DNA of 63,238 nucleotides, counting the filler, from Octopus bimaculoides (lineage: Eukaryota): the NCBI RefSeq assembly GCF_001194135.2. It is 7 parts of 7 records of this genome, joined end to end, with 100 filler letters (N's around TTAATTAATTAA, not from the genome) between each part and the next. Parts side by side here need not be neighbours in the genome. Positions count along the whole stretch, not along the records: positions 12,145 to 42,543 come from NC_068993.1; positions 42,644 to 50,844 come from NC_068988.1; positions 50,945 to 52,773 come from NC_069000.1; 4 more parts are not named here. One strand, given 5' to 3'. Both the position numbers and the translations under genes were made by a program. Below, piece by piece: positions 39,095-50,988 of this stretch (within the stretch, counting starts at the first letter, position 1; the number at the start of each line of letters is the position of its first letter). The notes under the pieces are model-generated. The model ran no database searches, was not told where the DNA came from, and saw only the letters and a program-made list of their open reading frames with translations.

Positions 39095-39497
39095 TGGTTG
39101 TTGTTGTTGTTGTTGTTGGCACTCCGTCGCTTACGACGACAAGGGTTCCAGTTGATCAGATCAACGGAACAGCCTGCTCGTGAAATTAACTTGCAAGTGG
39201 CTGAGCACTCCACAGACACGTGTACCCTTAACGTAGTTCTCGGGGAGATTCAGCGTGACACAGAGTGTGACAAGGCTGACCCTTTGAATTACAGGCACAA
39301 CAGAAACAGGAAGTAAGAATGAGAGAAAGTTGTGGTGAAAGAGTACAGCAGGTTTCGCTACCATACCCTGCTGGAGCCTCGTGGAGCTTTAGGTGTTTTC
39401 GCGCAATAAAAACTCACAACGCCCGGTCTGGGAATCGAAACCGCGATCCTATGACCGCGAGTCCGCTGCCCTAACCACTGGGCCATTGCGCCTCCAC
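39095..39497 (-). mobile_element. Full-length tRNA-derived SINE, family D
   Basis: Head with A box TGGCCCAGTGG and B box GGTTTCGATTCC; body shared with 54288-54595; 3' CGTCG-taag-CGACG stem-loop and (AAC)n tail. Confidence 0.9.
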
Positions 39498-40130
39498 GTG
39501 TGTTGGTATATGCGTGCGTTTGATTATGAGTGCGTGTGGCGCTCATGCGTGTATGTTCAACGTCGTACCGCAAAAGATGACAAGGCATTAGCAGAGGTTC
39601 ATATCGCTTAGTCGTACAGTAAAACGCAGCTTCAATTGTCAGCGATAAAGGAGAATGGAAAAAGTTAAACTCAGAGCGCAGACGAACGGATATCTGCCAA
39701 AGGTACTCAATTCCCAGTTGGGGTGTTGAACAGGGCGACAAATTAATTTTAACACTCTAAGGACAAGAGGAATCATTACCGATTCCCTTTCACAGCTTCC
39801 TGTTACTACCATGAATCACTTGCGGATATATGATCAACGGGAGGCGACAAGACATAAATGGTCGCACATGGAGCCGCAAAGTGGAATTGATCTCAGAACC
39901 ACGAGGCTTGAAGCAAACCCTAACTCTGTCTATGGCGTGAGACTGTTTCAAAGGCCATTTCGTGTTTAGTCAATTTACCTACATCAATCGAACTGCATTG
40001 GGGAGTTTCCTGGCTGCTCAGCTCAAGTTTTCTTGAAGATGATATTTCAAGTCTTGTTACATCAATCAATATTGTTGCGTATGCATGTGTATATGTGTGT
40101 CTGTGTGCGTGTGCGTGTGCGTGTGTGTGT

Positions 40131-40196
<66 letters not shown>

Positions 40197-40859
40197 GATG
40201 TTCGAAAGAAATGTGTGAAGAAGGGTAAATGAGATAGTAGTAAGGATTATTATTTCTTTCTCTCCATCTACGTGAAGATCCCTATTCAAAAACCATACCT
40301 AATACCATTCCTCTTGCTCATCTTTCACATTGCTTTCTATTCCACAGTATATTTTCCAATATTTGATAACAGAATTCTATTCGAATTCTATATCTCAGTT
40401 CATCACACACACACACACATACACACACAAACACACAAACAAATAAACATACACACGCACCTATGCACGTACGCACGCACGCACACACACACACACATAC
40501 ACACACACACTCACACATATATATATATATAAGCCGTGAAGTTCAGCGTCTCGTTAGTAATCTGATAATTCTGAAGCCAGAATGAGACACGACCAGTCTT
40601 GTAAATGACATAATCAAAATAAGCAATTATCTATACTCGAGTGTATGTTATAGAGNNNNNNNNNNNNNNNNNNNNNNNNNNNNNNNNNNNNNNNNNNNNN
40701 NNNNNNNNNNNNNNNNNNNNNNNNNNNNNNNNNNNNNNNNNNNNNNNNNNNNNNNNNNNNNNNNNNNNNNNNNNNNNNNNNNNNNNNNNNNNNNNNNNNN
40801 NNNNNNNNNNNNNNNNNNNNNNNNNNNNNNNNNNNNNNNNNNNNNNNNNNNNNNNNNNN

Positions 40860-40891
<32 letters not shown>

Positions 40892-41047
40892 AAAATTAGA
40901 AAAGGGAGTAGATAAAATCGAGGATATAGAATGAAACACCGAAAATGAAAAGTGTCTGTGTGCCACCAGTTGAAAGTGTGTGTTACGATGCACACACACA
41001 CATACACACTAGATACATTTCTTTTATTAGCCACACAGGGCTCAACG

Positions 41048-41049
<2 letters not shown>

Positions 41050-41120
<71 letters not shown>
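41050..41120. repeat. (GATA)n microsatellite
   Basis: Directly visible. Confidence 0.95.
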
Positions 41121-41122
<2 letters not shown>

Positions 41123-42543
41123 CATCAAGAGGACGTCGCACAACGTGTATGAGTCATATATGTTCTGAAGCATATTTCTACCAAAGGAAAACAGTTTCCG
41201 TCGACAAATCTCACAAGTTTTTAATGTTCCTTTCCCACCTCTTACATCCAGCACAGAACACTGCATGATAAAAGATGAGTGATAGAAAAGAGTGCATAGA
41301 TATATACACAGATTTGAGACATTTAGTCTAGAACTTTTATCCTTCCAGTCTATCAAACACAAAAATGTAGAGAAGATATTGGTTTTCTTTTGCTGTTAGA
41401 TAAATCATTTTATATGTTTGTAAATGAATATACCCTAGGAGGGTTGATGGGTCCTCAAAATACTTTAAAGGTATAGCTTCCTATGAATTACATTACATGC
41501 GACAATCGAATAAAAATCAAATTCCTCACTGAGAAAAACGTTAGTCATTCGCTTGTAACGGGTTCAAATACTTCGTTAACACAGGTGCTGTAGTAGATTG
41601 TTATATCACTCTGAGAGACAGCTGTCTCCCCTATTTAGCGGTGGCATTCTATTATTGAATAAGTGGTGACTTATTATGGACTAATTGATCAATTTTTAAT
41701 AATGTTATGGCGCTTTAAACTCCAAATATAGAAGAATAGTGATGTGGTAAATTTTCTGTTATACGAGTCTGAATGTATACGAGTCTTCAGAGAATCAGTG
41801 TCGGGTGTGTAAAGTAAACCGCTAAGGAGGAATATAACAAACTTGTTCAGAAAAGCTGTGGTTACTGGTGCAAATGTAGAATGGAAAACTTGAGGAAACA
41901 GAATATCTGTAGCCAGGGTATGTTGTGTGTTGATGAATAAAATATTAACGATCAATCAGAAATCCTTTATATTTGAATGCATTTAAGGGTATTTTGTGTT
42001 TCCGTGTGTGTGCGTGTATGAATGTGGTGTAGCAGTGGCACTGTCTAAGAAATGGAACCACTGGTTCAATTTGTCTCTAATTACTACGTTGTAGTATTTT
42101 ACAGCTAAAAGTTATTCCTGACCTAAACAGAAATGCGTGTATTTGATTGCGATACCAAGTCGTTAGAATGTAGGACAAAATAATTTGCCCCACCTGTTTC
42201 GGTTCAGTTCAAATTCAAGCAACAACTCTACCTTACATTCTTTTCGCATCGACTCAATAGGTTACCAATCTAAGACGGTTACTTTTAACATTGTAACATT
42301 GAACGAAATATTTTGCGTTATGTGTTCCGCTTTTTTTACTGAGATCTTGGGTCTCTCAGATTTTTATCTATCGCTTCGACTGGAGAGAAATATCAAACAT
42401 CCTTATGTGAGATCTGGTTGCCAAGTTTCAGGAGCGTCAAATGAAATGGCATCTGTGCTGAGAGTTAAAATAAGACTAAGATAAGCTTCACCTTTCTTCT
42501 TCCCACGATTCATAAAATGAAGTATCTTACCTGGGTAGTGAAT

Positions 42544-42643
42544 NNNNNNNNNNNNNNNNNNNNNNNNNNNNNNNNNNNNNNNNNNNNTTAATTAATTAAN
42601 NNNNNNNNNNNNNNNNNNNNNNNNNNNNNNNNNNNNNNNNNNN
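42544..42643. other. Artificial 100-bp scaffold linker
   Basis: N44-TTAATTAATTAA-N44. Confidence 0.95.
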
Positions 42644-43014
42644 CACACTTAAGTGGCAATATACTACACTTTATCGTGCAGTTACTGTTAATACTTCATT
42701 TAGAGAATTAACATTGCTTGTTTTCACCTTTTCAATATCAGTGAAGAATGTCACTGGAAAAGAAGATATAAGATTTGCCAGATTTGTCTCTCTCACCAAG
42801 GTCATCAGCTGTCGAACGCCGACGAAGGGAAATAACCCTGAAATCCGGATACGTTCGTGCTGCTGGTCGCGGTGAGAGGGATAACTCCCTTGGCAAACAG
42901 GACACAGTCGTGTGTCGATAAGCCAGCTGGAGGAGATGTCCTCCTGGGGCTAAAAGCAACAGTAACATCCACCCCTAGGGGTCAGCCACACTTAAGTGGC
43001 AATATACTACACTT

Positions 43015-43046
<32 letters not shown>

Positions 43047-43430
43047 CAGAATGACAGAATGATAGTTACGGCCGGTTCATAAGGTGATCCAGTGTTCTGC
43101 GTCTATAAAGCACTTAGCTTTACATACGTCTCGTCAGACCCCCAATGGCCGGTGGCGTATGTAAAGCTATTCGCTTTATGTACGCGAAACCCTCGGTAAC
43201 TCTATGAATCGTAACACTCATAAACAGTTTAAAAACTGTTTAACCTTGGCAAACAGGACACAGTCGTGTGTCGATAAGCCAGCTGGAGGAGATGTTCTCC
43301 TGGGGCTAAAAGCAACAGTAACATCCACCCCTAGGGGTCAGCCACACTTAAGTGGCAATATACTACACTTTATCGTGCAGTTACTGTTAATACTTCATTT
43401 AGAGAATTAACATTGCTTGTTTTCACCTTT
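42644..43430. repeat. Near-identical tandem cassette between two gaps
   Basis: 42888-43017 matches 43244-43373 (130 bp, 1 mismatch); 42644-42731 matches 43343-43430 (88 bp). Confidence 0.9.
43059..43221. other. ~160-nt fold-back element (MITE-like or long hairpin)
   Basis: Perfect core TAGCTTTACATACG/CGTATGTAAAGCTA (43115-43128/43156-43169); ungapped pairing extends to 43073/43211. Confidence 0.8.
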
Positions 43431-44384
43431 NNNNNNNNNNNNNNNNNNNNNNNNNNNNNNNNNNNNNNNNNNNNNNNNNNNNNNNNNNNNNNNNNNNNNN
43501 NNNNNNNNNNNNNNNNNNNNNNNNNNNNNNNNNNNNNNNNNNNNNNNNNNNNNNNNNNNNNNNNNNNNNNNNNNNNNNNNNNNNNNNNNNNNNNNNNNNN
43601 NNNNNNNNNNNNNNNNNNNNNNNNNNNNNNNNNNNNNNNNNNNNNNNNNNNNNNNNNNNNNNNNNNNNNNNNNNNNNNNNNNNNNNNNNNNNNNNNNNNN
43701 NNNNNNNNNNNNNNNNNNNNNNNNNNNNNNNNNNNNNNNNNNNNNNNNNNNNNNNNNNNNNNNNNNNNNNNNNNNNNNNNNNNNNNNNNNNNNNNNNNNN
43801 NNNNNNNNNNNNNNNNNNNNNNNNNNNNNNNNNNNNNNNNNNNNNNNNNNNNNNNNNNNNNNNNNNNNNNNNNNNNNNNNNNNNNNNNNNNNNNNNNNNN
43901 NNNNNNNNNNNNNNNNNNNNNNNNNNNNNNNNNNNNNNNNNNNNNNNNNNNNNNNNNNNNNNNNNNNNNNNNNNNNNNNNNNNNNNNNNNNNNNNNNNNN
44001 NNNNNNNNNNNNNNNNNNNNNNNNNNNNNNNNNNNNNNNNNNNNNNNNNNNNNNNNNNNNNNNNNNNNNNNNNNNNNNNNNNNNNNNNNNNNNNNNNNNN
44101 NNNNNNNNNNNNNNNNNNNNNNNNNNNNNNNNNNNNNNNNNNNNNNNNNNNNNNNNNNNNNNNNNNNNNNNNNNNNNNNNNNNNNNNNNNNNNNNNNNNN
44201 NNNNNNNNNNNNNNNNNNNNNNNNNNNNNNNNNNNNNNNNNNNNNNNNNNNNNNNNNNNNNNNNNNNNNNNNNNNNNNNNNNNNNNNNNNNNNNNNNNNN
44301 NNNNNNNNNNNNNNNNNNNNNNNNNNNNNNNNNNNNNNNNNNNNNNNNNNNNNNNNNNNNNNNNNNNNNNATATATACACACAC

Positions 44385-45190
44385 ACAGACATGCAGGAAG
44401 TAAATAGACACCTTTAATTTTCAAAATCTTTTATTCAATATACAAAGTGAACAATTGAAATGTAATCGATAGGTAGAACTACATACTTTAGTATTTAGTT
44501 GACATTCCCTTTGCAGTTTTTAATTCAGAAACTCTTTTTGGCATTGAACTGATGAGCTTTGTGATTTGTCTCTTGTAGAATTTCTGCCCATATTTCACGC
44601 AACAATCGAAACAGTTCATTTTTAGATTTAGGTTTCTGTCGAATTTTTCGTTTAGCTTTATCTAGTATGCTTCAAAGATTTTCAATTGGGTTCATGTCAG
44701 GAGATTTGCTCGACCAAGGAAGCTTTTTAATCCCATTTTTAGTCAGCCATTGTTGATTCCTTTTCGCTGTGTGGCATGGAGCCCCATCTTCCATGAATAA
44801 AGACTCATTTTTCGTTATGTTATCGTGTGAATACATTGGAAGTAGTCCTTGCTTAAGTATTTCGATGTATTTCTCAGAGTTTATGCTTCCAACACATTCG
44901 ATCAGTTCAGAACGACCATTGCTGGAGACAGCTCCCCATACCATTACAGAAATTCCGCCATGTTTCACAGTTGGTTGGAGTTGTTTCAAATCAAATTCTT
45001 GATTGAGAAGCTTCCAGACCCAAACACGTCCATTGTCTGAAAATAATGCAAATCTGGATTCATCTGAGAAAATCACTCTATCCCAAAATGAACTGGATTT
45101 TGTGACATCTCCTTAGACCATTTCTTTCTTTTCATGATATTAAATGGTTGAAGGAAAAGTTTCCTTCTAGCTGCTCGTCCATAATACCCA
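44385..45190 (-). mobile_element. Tc1-family DNA transposon, 3' half with DD34E transposase pseudogene
   Basis: WDRVIFSDES (D1), FMEDGAPCH (D2), SPDMNPIENL (E), exactly 34 residues between D2 and E. C-terminus ISSMPKRV..KGMSTKY* ends at 44488. In-frame TGA after ENL plus a frameshift. TIR-like end near 44385. Confidence 0.92.
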
Positions 45191-45549
45191 CACTTTAATT
45201 AAAACCCTTCATTCAATAGTACTGTATACAAACTCTATACTTGGATTTTACTCACAAGGTATTGGAATCTTATATGTATACCATTCTGCCTAAATAATGG
45301 ATCTACAAATGCAATATCCCTGCATATCTCACATCTATTTTCATTCCTCCATTTCACTCTCTATTTCGTATTATCTTATCTAAATTGATTAACCATTTTC
45401 TCACACTGTCTCCGATGAAGGGATATAATAAATATCCTGGAAACAGCTGTAACACCTTCTATTCTTAAATGTTCTAAAATCTTCACAGCCTTGGTTTTTT
45501 TTATCTCATTCTGCAAAATTTTTTTTATATACTCTTTACTCTTTTACTC

Positions 45550-45780
45550 TTTTACTTGTTTCAGTCATTTGACTGTGGCCATGCTGGAGCACCGCCTTTT
45601 GTCGAGCAAATCGACCCAAAGACTTATTCTTTCTCAGCCTAGTTCTTATTCTATCGGTCTCTTTTACCGAACCGCTAAGTTACGGGGACGTAAACACACC
45701 AACTTCGGTTGTCAAGCGATGCTGGGGGTGGTGGCAAACACAGACACAAACATATACACATACATACATACATACATACA

Positions 45781-45830
<50 letters not shown>
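45550..45830 (-). mobile_element. Family A/C SINE tail plus internal (TACA)n; head lost in gap
   Basis: cttttacttgtttcagtcatttgactgtggccatgctggagcaccgcc..ggttgtcaagcgatg matches 62745-62925. Confidence 0.9.
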
Positions 45831-46772
45831 NNNNNNNNNNNNNNNNNNNNNNNNNNNNNNNNNNNNNNNNNNNNNNNNNNNNNNNNNNNNNNNNNNNNNN
45901 NNNNNNNNNNNNNNNNNNNNNNNNNNNNNNNNNNNNNNNNNNNNNNNNNNNNNNNNNNNNNNNNNNNNNNNNNNNNNNNNNNNNNNNNNNNNNNNNNNNN
46001 NNNNNNNNNNNNNNNNNNNNNNNNNNNNNNNNNNNNNNNNNNNNNNNNNNNNNNNNNNNNNNNNNNNNNNNNNNNNNNNNNNNNNNNNNNNNNNNNNNNN
46101 NNNNNNNNNNNNNNNNNNNNNNNNNNNNNNNNNNNNAAAAAAAGAATTAGCAGTAAGAAGAAAGTGAGACAAAAAGAAAGAGACAGATACGTAAATAAGC
46201 TAAAAAAAAAAAAGAAGAGAGACAGAAACGAGACGAAACGAATGAAAGATGAACGAAACAAAGAAGAAAAGGAAGAAAGATGTTAGCTGGAAGAAAATTA
46301 AGACTGATAAAAGGTATTAGTAAACTAATTAAATAGGAGCAAAGTATTAATTAGCATAATGTAATAAGTAATAATATAATAAGTAATTACTGAATGAGTC
46401 AGACGGATGTAAATGGGAAAAGGTAAAATAAGGGTGAAGGAAGGAAAAAGCTAAAAGGAAAGAAGAAATGATAGAAAGAAAGAAGAGCAAACGATAGAAA
46501 GAAAGAAGAAAAAAAACAAAAGATAGAAAGAAAAAGAAAGAATATTAATGATAAATAAATATTTGATTAAAATAAAGCAAATATAGATATTAATGCTTAA
46601 AACTACTTGATCAATAAATGATCAATCAATGTAGTATAATTATAGCCAGCTGTCATTAGCGAGAGAGTGGGGTGTAGTAAGATGTACCATACAGTCACTA
46701 ATTTATTCAGGTGCTTGTGAAGTTACGGAGAGACTTCGATACATTTCCAACCCTCACATCTTTGATCTAGTG

Positions 46773-48767
46773 CATGGGTCACCAAACTACGGCCCGCGGA
46801 CTGGATCCGGCCCGTAACGTCAATTTGTCCGGCCTCCCGACGTATGCTGAAAATGATAATAAACATGCTTTTACACTGCTTCTTACACTTCTTAGATTAC
46901 GCATGTCGTATGTATACTAAGTCAGTCACTTCACACACTACGTATTTCACGCGCCATAATAATTACTACAGTACATCACGTGTGCCTCGGGCTAATCAGT
47001 TATTAGTGATTGCAATTAAAACGAGAATATCTGACGCCAAGGCCTAAGACTGCTTTTGCTTTTTCTTCACCCATCGCTATGGCTACTAAGAAGAGAAAAA
47101 GTTGATGATGAAATGATGAATGTCACATTTCCAATAAAGAATGGGGAGAAAAGTACTTCTTTGGGGAAACAAACGACCAGAAAGCTAATTGCCTGATATG
47201 GAAGGAAAGTGTTGCTGTTATGAAAGAGTACAATATTCGTTGTCACTACGAAGCAAAACATCTCTCAATAAATTCTAAATATTCTGGAAAATTGCGGTCC
47301 GAGAAATTTGAATCTATGAAACGTAGTTTGGAATCTCAAAGGAATTTCTTAACGAAAAAGTTTGTTGAAAATGAATTTATCACTCGTGTAAGCTGAAAAT
47401 AGTGAATAAGTTGGCAAAGCGAGGAAAACCATTTACTGACGGAAACTTTATAAAAGAGTGCATGATGGAAGCAGCAAATGACTTGTGTCCTGAAAAAGCT
47501 AACATGTTTGTATCAGCCTTTCGGGAAGTTTAGTTGTGCGGATAATAGAACTTGGAGAGAATATACAGTTATAGATACACGAGAAAGCTAAGAACTTTTT
47601 GTGGTATTTATTCTTTTGCAATGGATGAGTCTATTGATCTCTCTAGTACGTCAAAGCTTCTTGTGCTCATTCGTGGCATTAATTGCAACTTTGTGATTAT
47701 AGAAGAAATGGCATCCGTTTGCAGTATACATGGAACAACAACTGGAGAAGATATTTTCAGAGAGGTGTAGAGAACTTTGCAAAACTATATAACCTTCAGT
47801 GGAATCAGCTTCGGTGTGTTACAGTCGATGGAGGAAAAAACATGGCAGGAGTGAGGAAGGGTGTGGTCGGGTGAATCCAGACCAAGTTAGAGGAGCTTCA
47901 ACTTCCGAAAGCTCAGCTTATACACTGCATTATACATCAGCAAGCACTCTGTGGAAAACACTTAGATATTTCTTGTGTAGTAAAACCGGTTACAACTGTG
48001 AACTTTATTCGGAATCATGGGCTTAATCACCGATAGCTCCAGACTTTCCTTGAAGAAATGGATTCTAATTTCTGTGACTTGCCTTACTACACAGAAGTGA
48101 GATAGCTCAGTTTTGTTTTTATAAGCTCCGAAGAGAAATAGATGTTTTTTTCACCGAAAAGAATAGAGCTGATTCACAGCTGTCAGATCCATCATGGTTA
48201 ACAAAGTTGTCGTTTTTAGTCGACGTCACTTCTCATATGAATGAATTGAACTTAAAACTGCAGGGAAAGAATAACTTTATCTGTGATCTCTACAGAATTA
48301 TGACAGTATTTCGGGGGAAAGCTATCATTGTTTGAAGCACAACTTGAAAGAGGAAACTACTCTCATTTTTCAGTGTTTTCAAGAGTTGTGCACAGAAAAT
48401 GTGGAACATGTTAACCTCGAGCTTCAAATTAAAATTATTCGGGTCTTAAATAAGCATCTTTCTCAAAGATTTTCAGAGCTTGACAGAATTGAGAAGGAAA
48501 TTCTTTTGTTTGAGAATCCATTTGGCTGTTATCTTGATAACATGCCAACTGAACTACAATTGGAGCTTATTGACTTATATAATATGTTTATTGCTTTTAT
48601 TATTTTGTGTATTTTATGTATTGATAAATAAATAGGATGACTGTCTTTATTTTTTTGTGTGCATTCAGTGTATTCTATATTGTACTGAATTGAACAAAAT
48701 ATTTATCCGCGCTTGGCATTCTTTTAGCTATATCTGGCCCACAATGATAAAAGTTTGGTGACCTCTG
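46773..48767 (+). mobile_element. hAT DNA transposon (Charlie/SPIN/GTF2IRD2-like), 1995 bp, both ends intact
   Basis: TIRs CATGGGTCACCAAACT (46773-46788) and AGTTTGGTGACCTCTG (48752-48767), 14/16 match; 8-bp TSD ATCTAGTG at 46765-46772 and 48768-48775. Confidence 0.95.
47079..48580 (+). pseudogene. hAT transposase pseudogene
   Basis: MATKKRKVDDE..EWGEKYFF..CLIWKESVAVMKEYNIRCHYEAKH (BED-like finger), FAMDES.D, VTVDGGKNMAG, HCIIHQQALCGK, YYTEVR*LS, FLVDVTSHMNELNLKLQG; multiple stops and frameshifts. Confidence 0.9.
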
Positions 48768-49889
48768 ATCTAGTGGAATATCGAACAGGGGGACAGAGTT
48801 GCACCGACGCTCGGATGGTGCCCATTTATAGGTGAATGGACTGGGGTATAGGAAATGGTATACCTTGTTCAAGGATACGAAGTGCCTTTCGGTTGAAGAA
48901 CTGAACGCAAGACCATAACGATTAGGAGCAGAGAAAATCTCGAAGTACTAAAGTATGTAATTTCACAATGCAATCAATCGTTAAATGAAACAGTATGAAA
49001 GGAAGGAAGGAAGAAAGGAAGGAAGAAAGGAAGGAAGGAAAATAAGAAAGTAAAAAGAAGAGAGAAAAGAAGGAAAGAAGAAAGATGGAAAGAAAGAAAA
49101 CTGGAAAGAAAAAGAATGAATGACTGAAAACTAAAGACACACACACACACACATACACACACACACACATACATACACACATAAACACATACACATACAC
49201 ACACACACACACATACACACACACACACATACATACACACATAAACACATACACATACNNNNNNNNNNNNNNNNNNNNNNNNNNNNNNNNNNNNNNNNNN
49301 NNNNNNNNNNNNNNNNNNNNNNNNNNNNNNNNNNNNNNNNNNNNNNNNNNNNNNNNNNNNNNNNNNNNNNNNNNNNNNNNNNNNNNNNNNNNNNNNNNNN
49401 NNNNNNNNNNNNNNNNNNNNNNNNNNNNNNNNNNNNNNNNNNNNNNNNNNNNNNNNNNNNNNNNNNNNNNNNNNNNNNNNNNNNNNNNNNNNNNNNNNNN
49501 NNNNNNNNNNNNNNNNNNNNNNNNNNNNNNNNNNNNNNNNNNNNNNNNNNNNNNNNNNNNNNNNNNNNNNNNNNNNNNNNNNNNNNNNNNNNNNNNNNNN
49601 NNNNNNNNNNNNNNNNNNNNNNNNNNNNNNNNNNNNNNNNNNNNNNNNNNNNNNNNNNNNNNNNNNNNNNNNNNNNNNNNNNNNNNNNNNNNNNNNNNNN
49701 NNNNNNNNNNNNNNNNNNNNNNNNNNNNNNNNNNNNNNNNNNNNNNNNNNNNNNNNNNNNNNNNNNNNNNNNNNNNNNNNNNNNTATTTCATCCGGTTTA
49801 ATCGTAATTTATACGCATATATTGTTTATATAATAAATTACGCTGTGCGTATCTATGTGTGTAACAATTTTAGAGTTCGGATTCTAGAG

Positions 49890-49956
49890 TTAGGGTTAGT
49901 TTTAGGGTTAGGGTTAGGGTTAACAGTCTAATTAGGGTTAGGGTTAGGGTTAGGGG
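49890..49956 (+). repeat. Interstitial (TTAGGG)n telomere-type repeats
   Basis: One unit at 49890, three at 49902-49919, four at 49932-49956. Confidence 0.9.
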
Positions 49957-50359
49957 ATTAATACAATATACACCGTTACAGCGCTAACTGTTTTCAACTG
50001 AATAGACGTCAGTGATTAGTAGAAATTATCGAAATAAGACAATTTTTTACATGAAATAAATTCGAATACAAAAATATTTTTCTGTTCTATAACACAAAAT
50101 AGATAAGTATACGAAGTTTGAAAGTCTTTCCGTACCAAAAACACTACATAAAACATAATTGAAAACTGGCGCCCCCGTTTTAAAATAGATCCCAAGAACC
50201 TTAACAAGTAAATAAGAAAAAATGTTTGTGATGTGAAACAGATGCATAGACCGAAAGACAAATAAAGACCGAGCTAATAAAATTTTAGACAAGAACCATT
50301 GAAAAACAAAGCGGATCTAATTAGTTGGTGAAGAAAATGTCCAAATATTGTTTTAAATT

Positions 50360-50557
50360 TAGGTACAAGGCCAGCAATTTTTATGAGGAGATGGTGAATA
50401 GTTTACATCGACAATAACTTATCTTATTTTATCGACTCTGGAAGGATAAAATGCAAAATCGACGTTGGCGAAATTTGAACTCAGAACATGAAGATCCGAA
50501 AGCAATGCTGCAAACATTTCGTCCGGCAGGGTAACAATTCTGCCGATTCGTCGCCTA
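50360..50557 (-). mobile_element. SINE family B (degenerate)
   Basis: Reverse complement: ggcgacgaatcggcagaattgtta..ttctgagttcaaatttcgcc..ccttgtacc. Confidence 0.75.
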
Positions 50558-50844
50558 AGCAATTGTATATATATATTAGTAACTCATATTGTTTTAATCA
50601 TTACTTTGACGGTGCGCACGGGGATAACTCCGAACATGTTTCAGTCTGATTAGTATGCCATCAAAAATAATATAGTTTTCACTGTATACGCCGAATCACT
50701 GATGGGAGAGTCAGCCAGTAAATTTACAAGGGAGGATATTAGAGAGGAATGGCAGAATTATTTAGAGAAGATATAACTCGGGAGTCAATTTGCTTCAGAG
50801 ACAGTAGTAAAGTTAGTGCTGATATATATATATATATATATATA

Positions 50845-50944
50845 NNNNNNNNNNNNNNNNNNNNNNNNNNNNNNNNNNNNNNNNNNNNTTAATTAATTAA
50901 NNNNNNNNNNNNNNNNNNNNNNNNNNNNNNNNNNNNNNNNNNNN
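50845..50944. other. Artificial 100-bp scaffold linker
   Basis: N44-TTAATTAATTAA-N44. Confidence 0.95.

Positions 50945-50988
<44 letters not shown>

Noticed and set aside
39420-39497. tRNA gene-like sequence on the minus strand
   Set aside because: Has A and B boxes but continues directly into the SINE D body and tail; it is a SINE head.
41615-41628. 14-bp perfect palindrome GAGACAGCTGTCTC
   Set aside because: Several 7-bp-arm palindromes are expected by chance in this much AT-rich sequence.
42720-42812. Minus-strand CTGATGA as a hammerhead core
   Set aside because: No stem II closes directly onto GAAA; the nearest GAAA is about 80 nt away with an unpaired junction.
42900-42970. HDV-like ribozyme (P4-like hairpin followed by GCTAA)
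   Set aside because: Could not assign P1, P3/L3 or the GG of P1.1.
30704-44424. Long ORFs full of X (also near 4.8, 8.4, 15.7, 25.8, 33, 45.7, 49, 53.9 and 60.6 kb)
   Set aside because: They simply read through N gaps.
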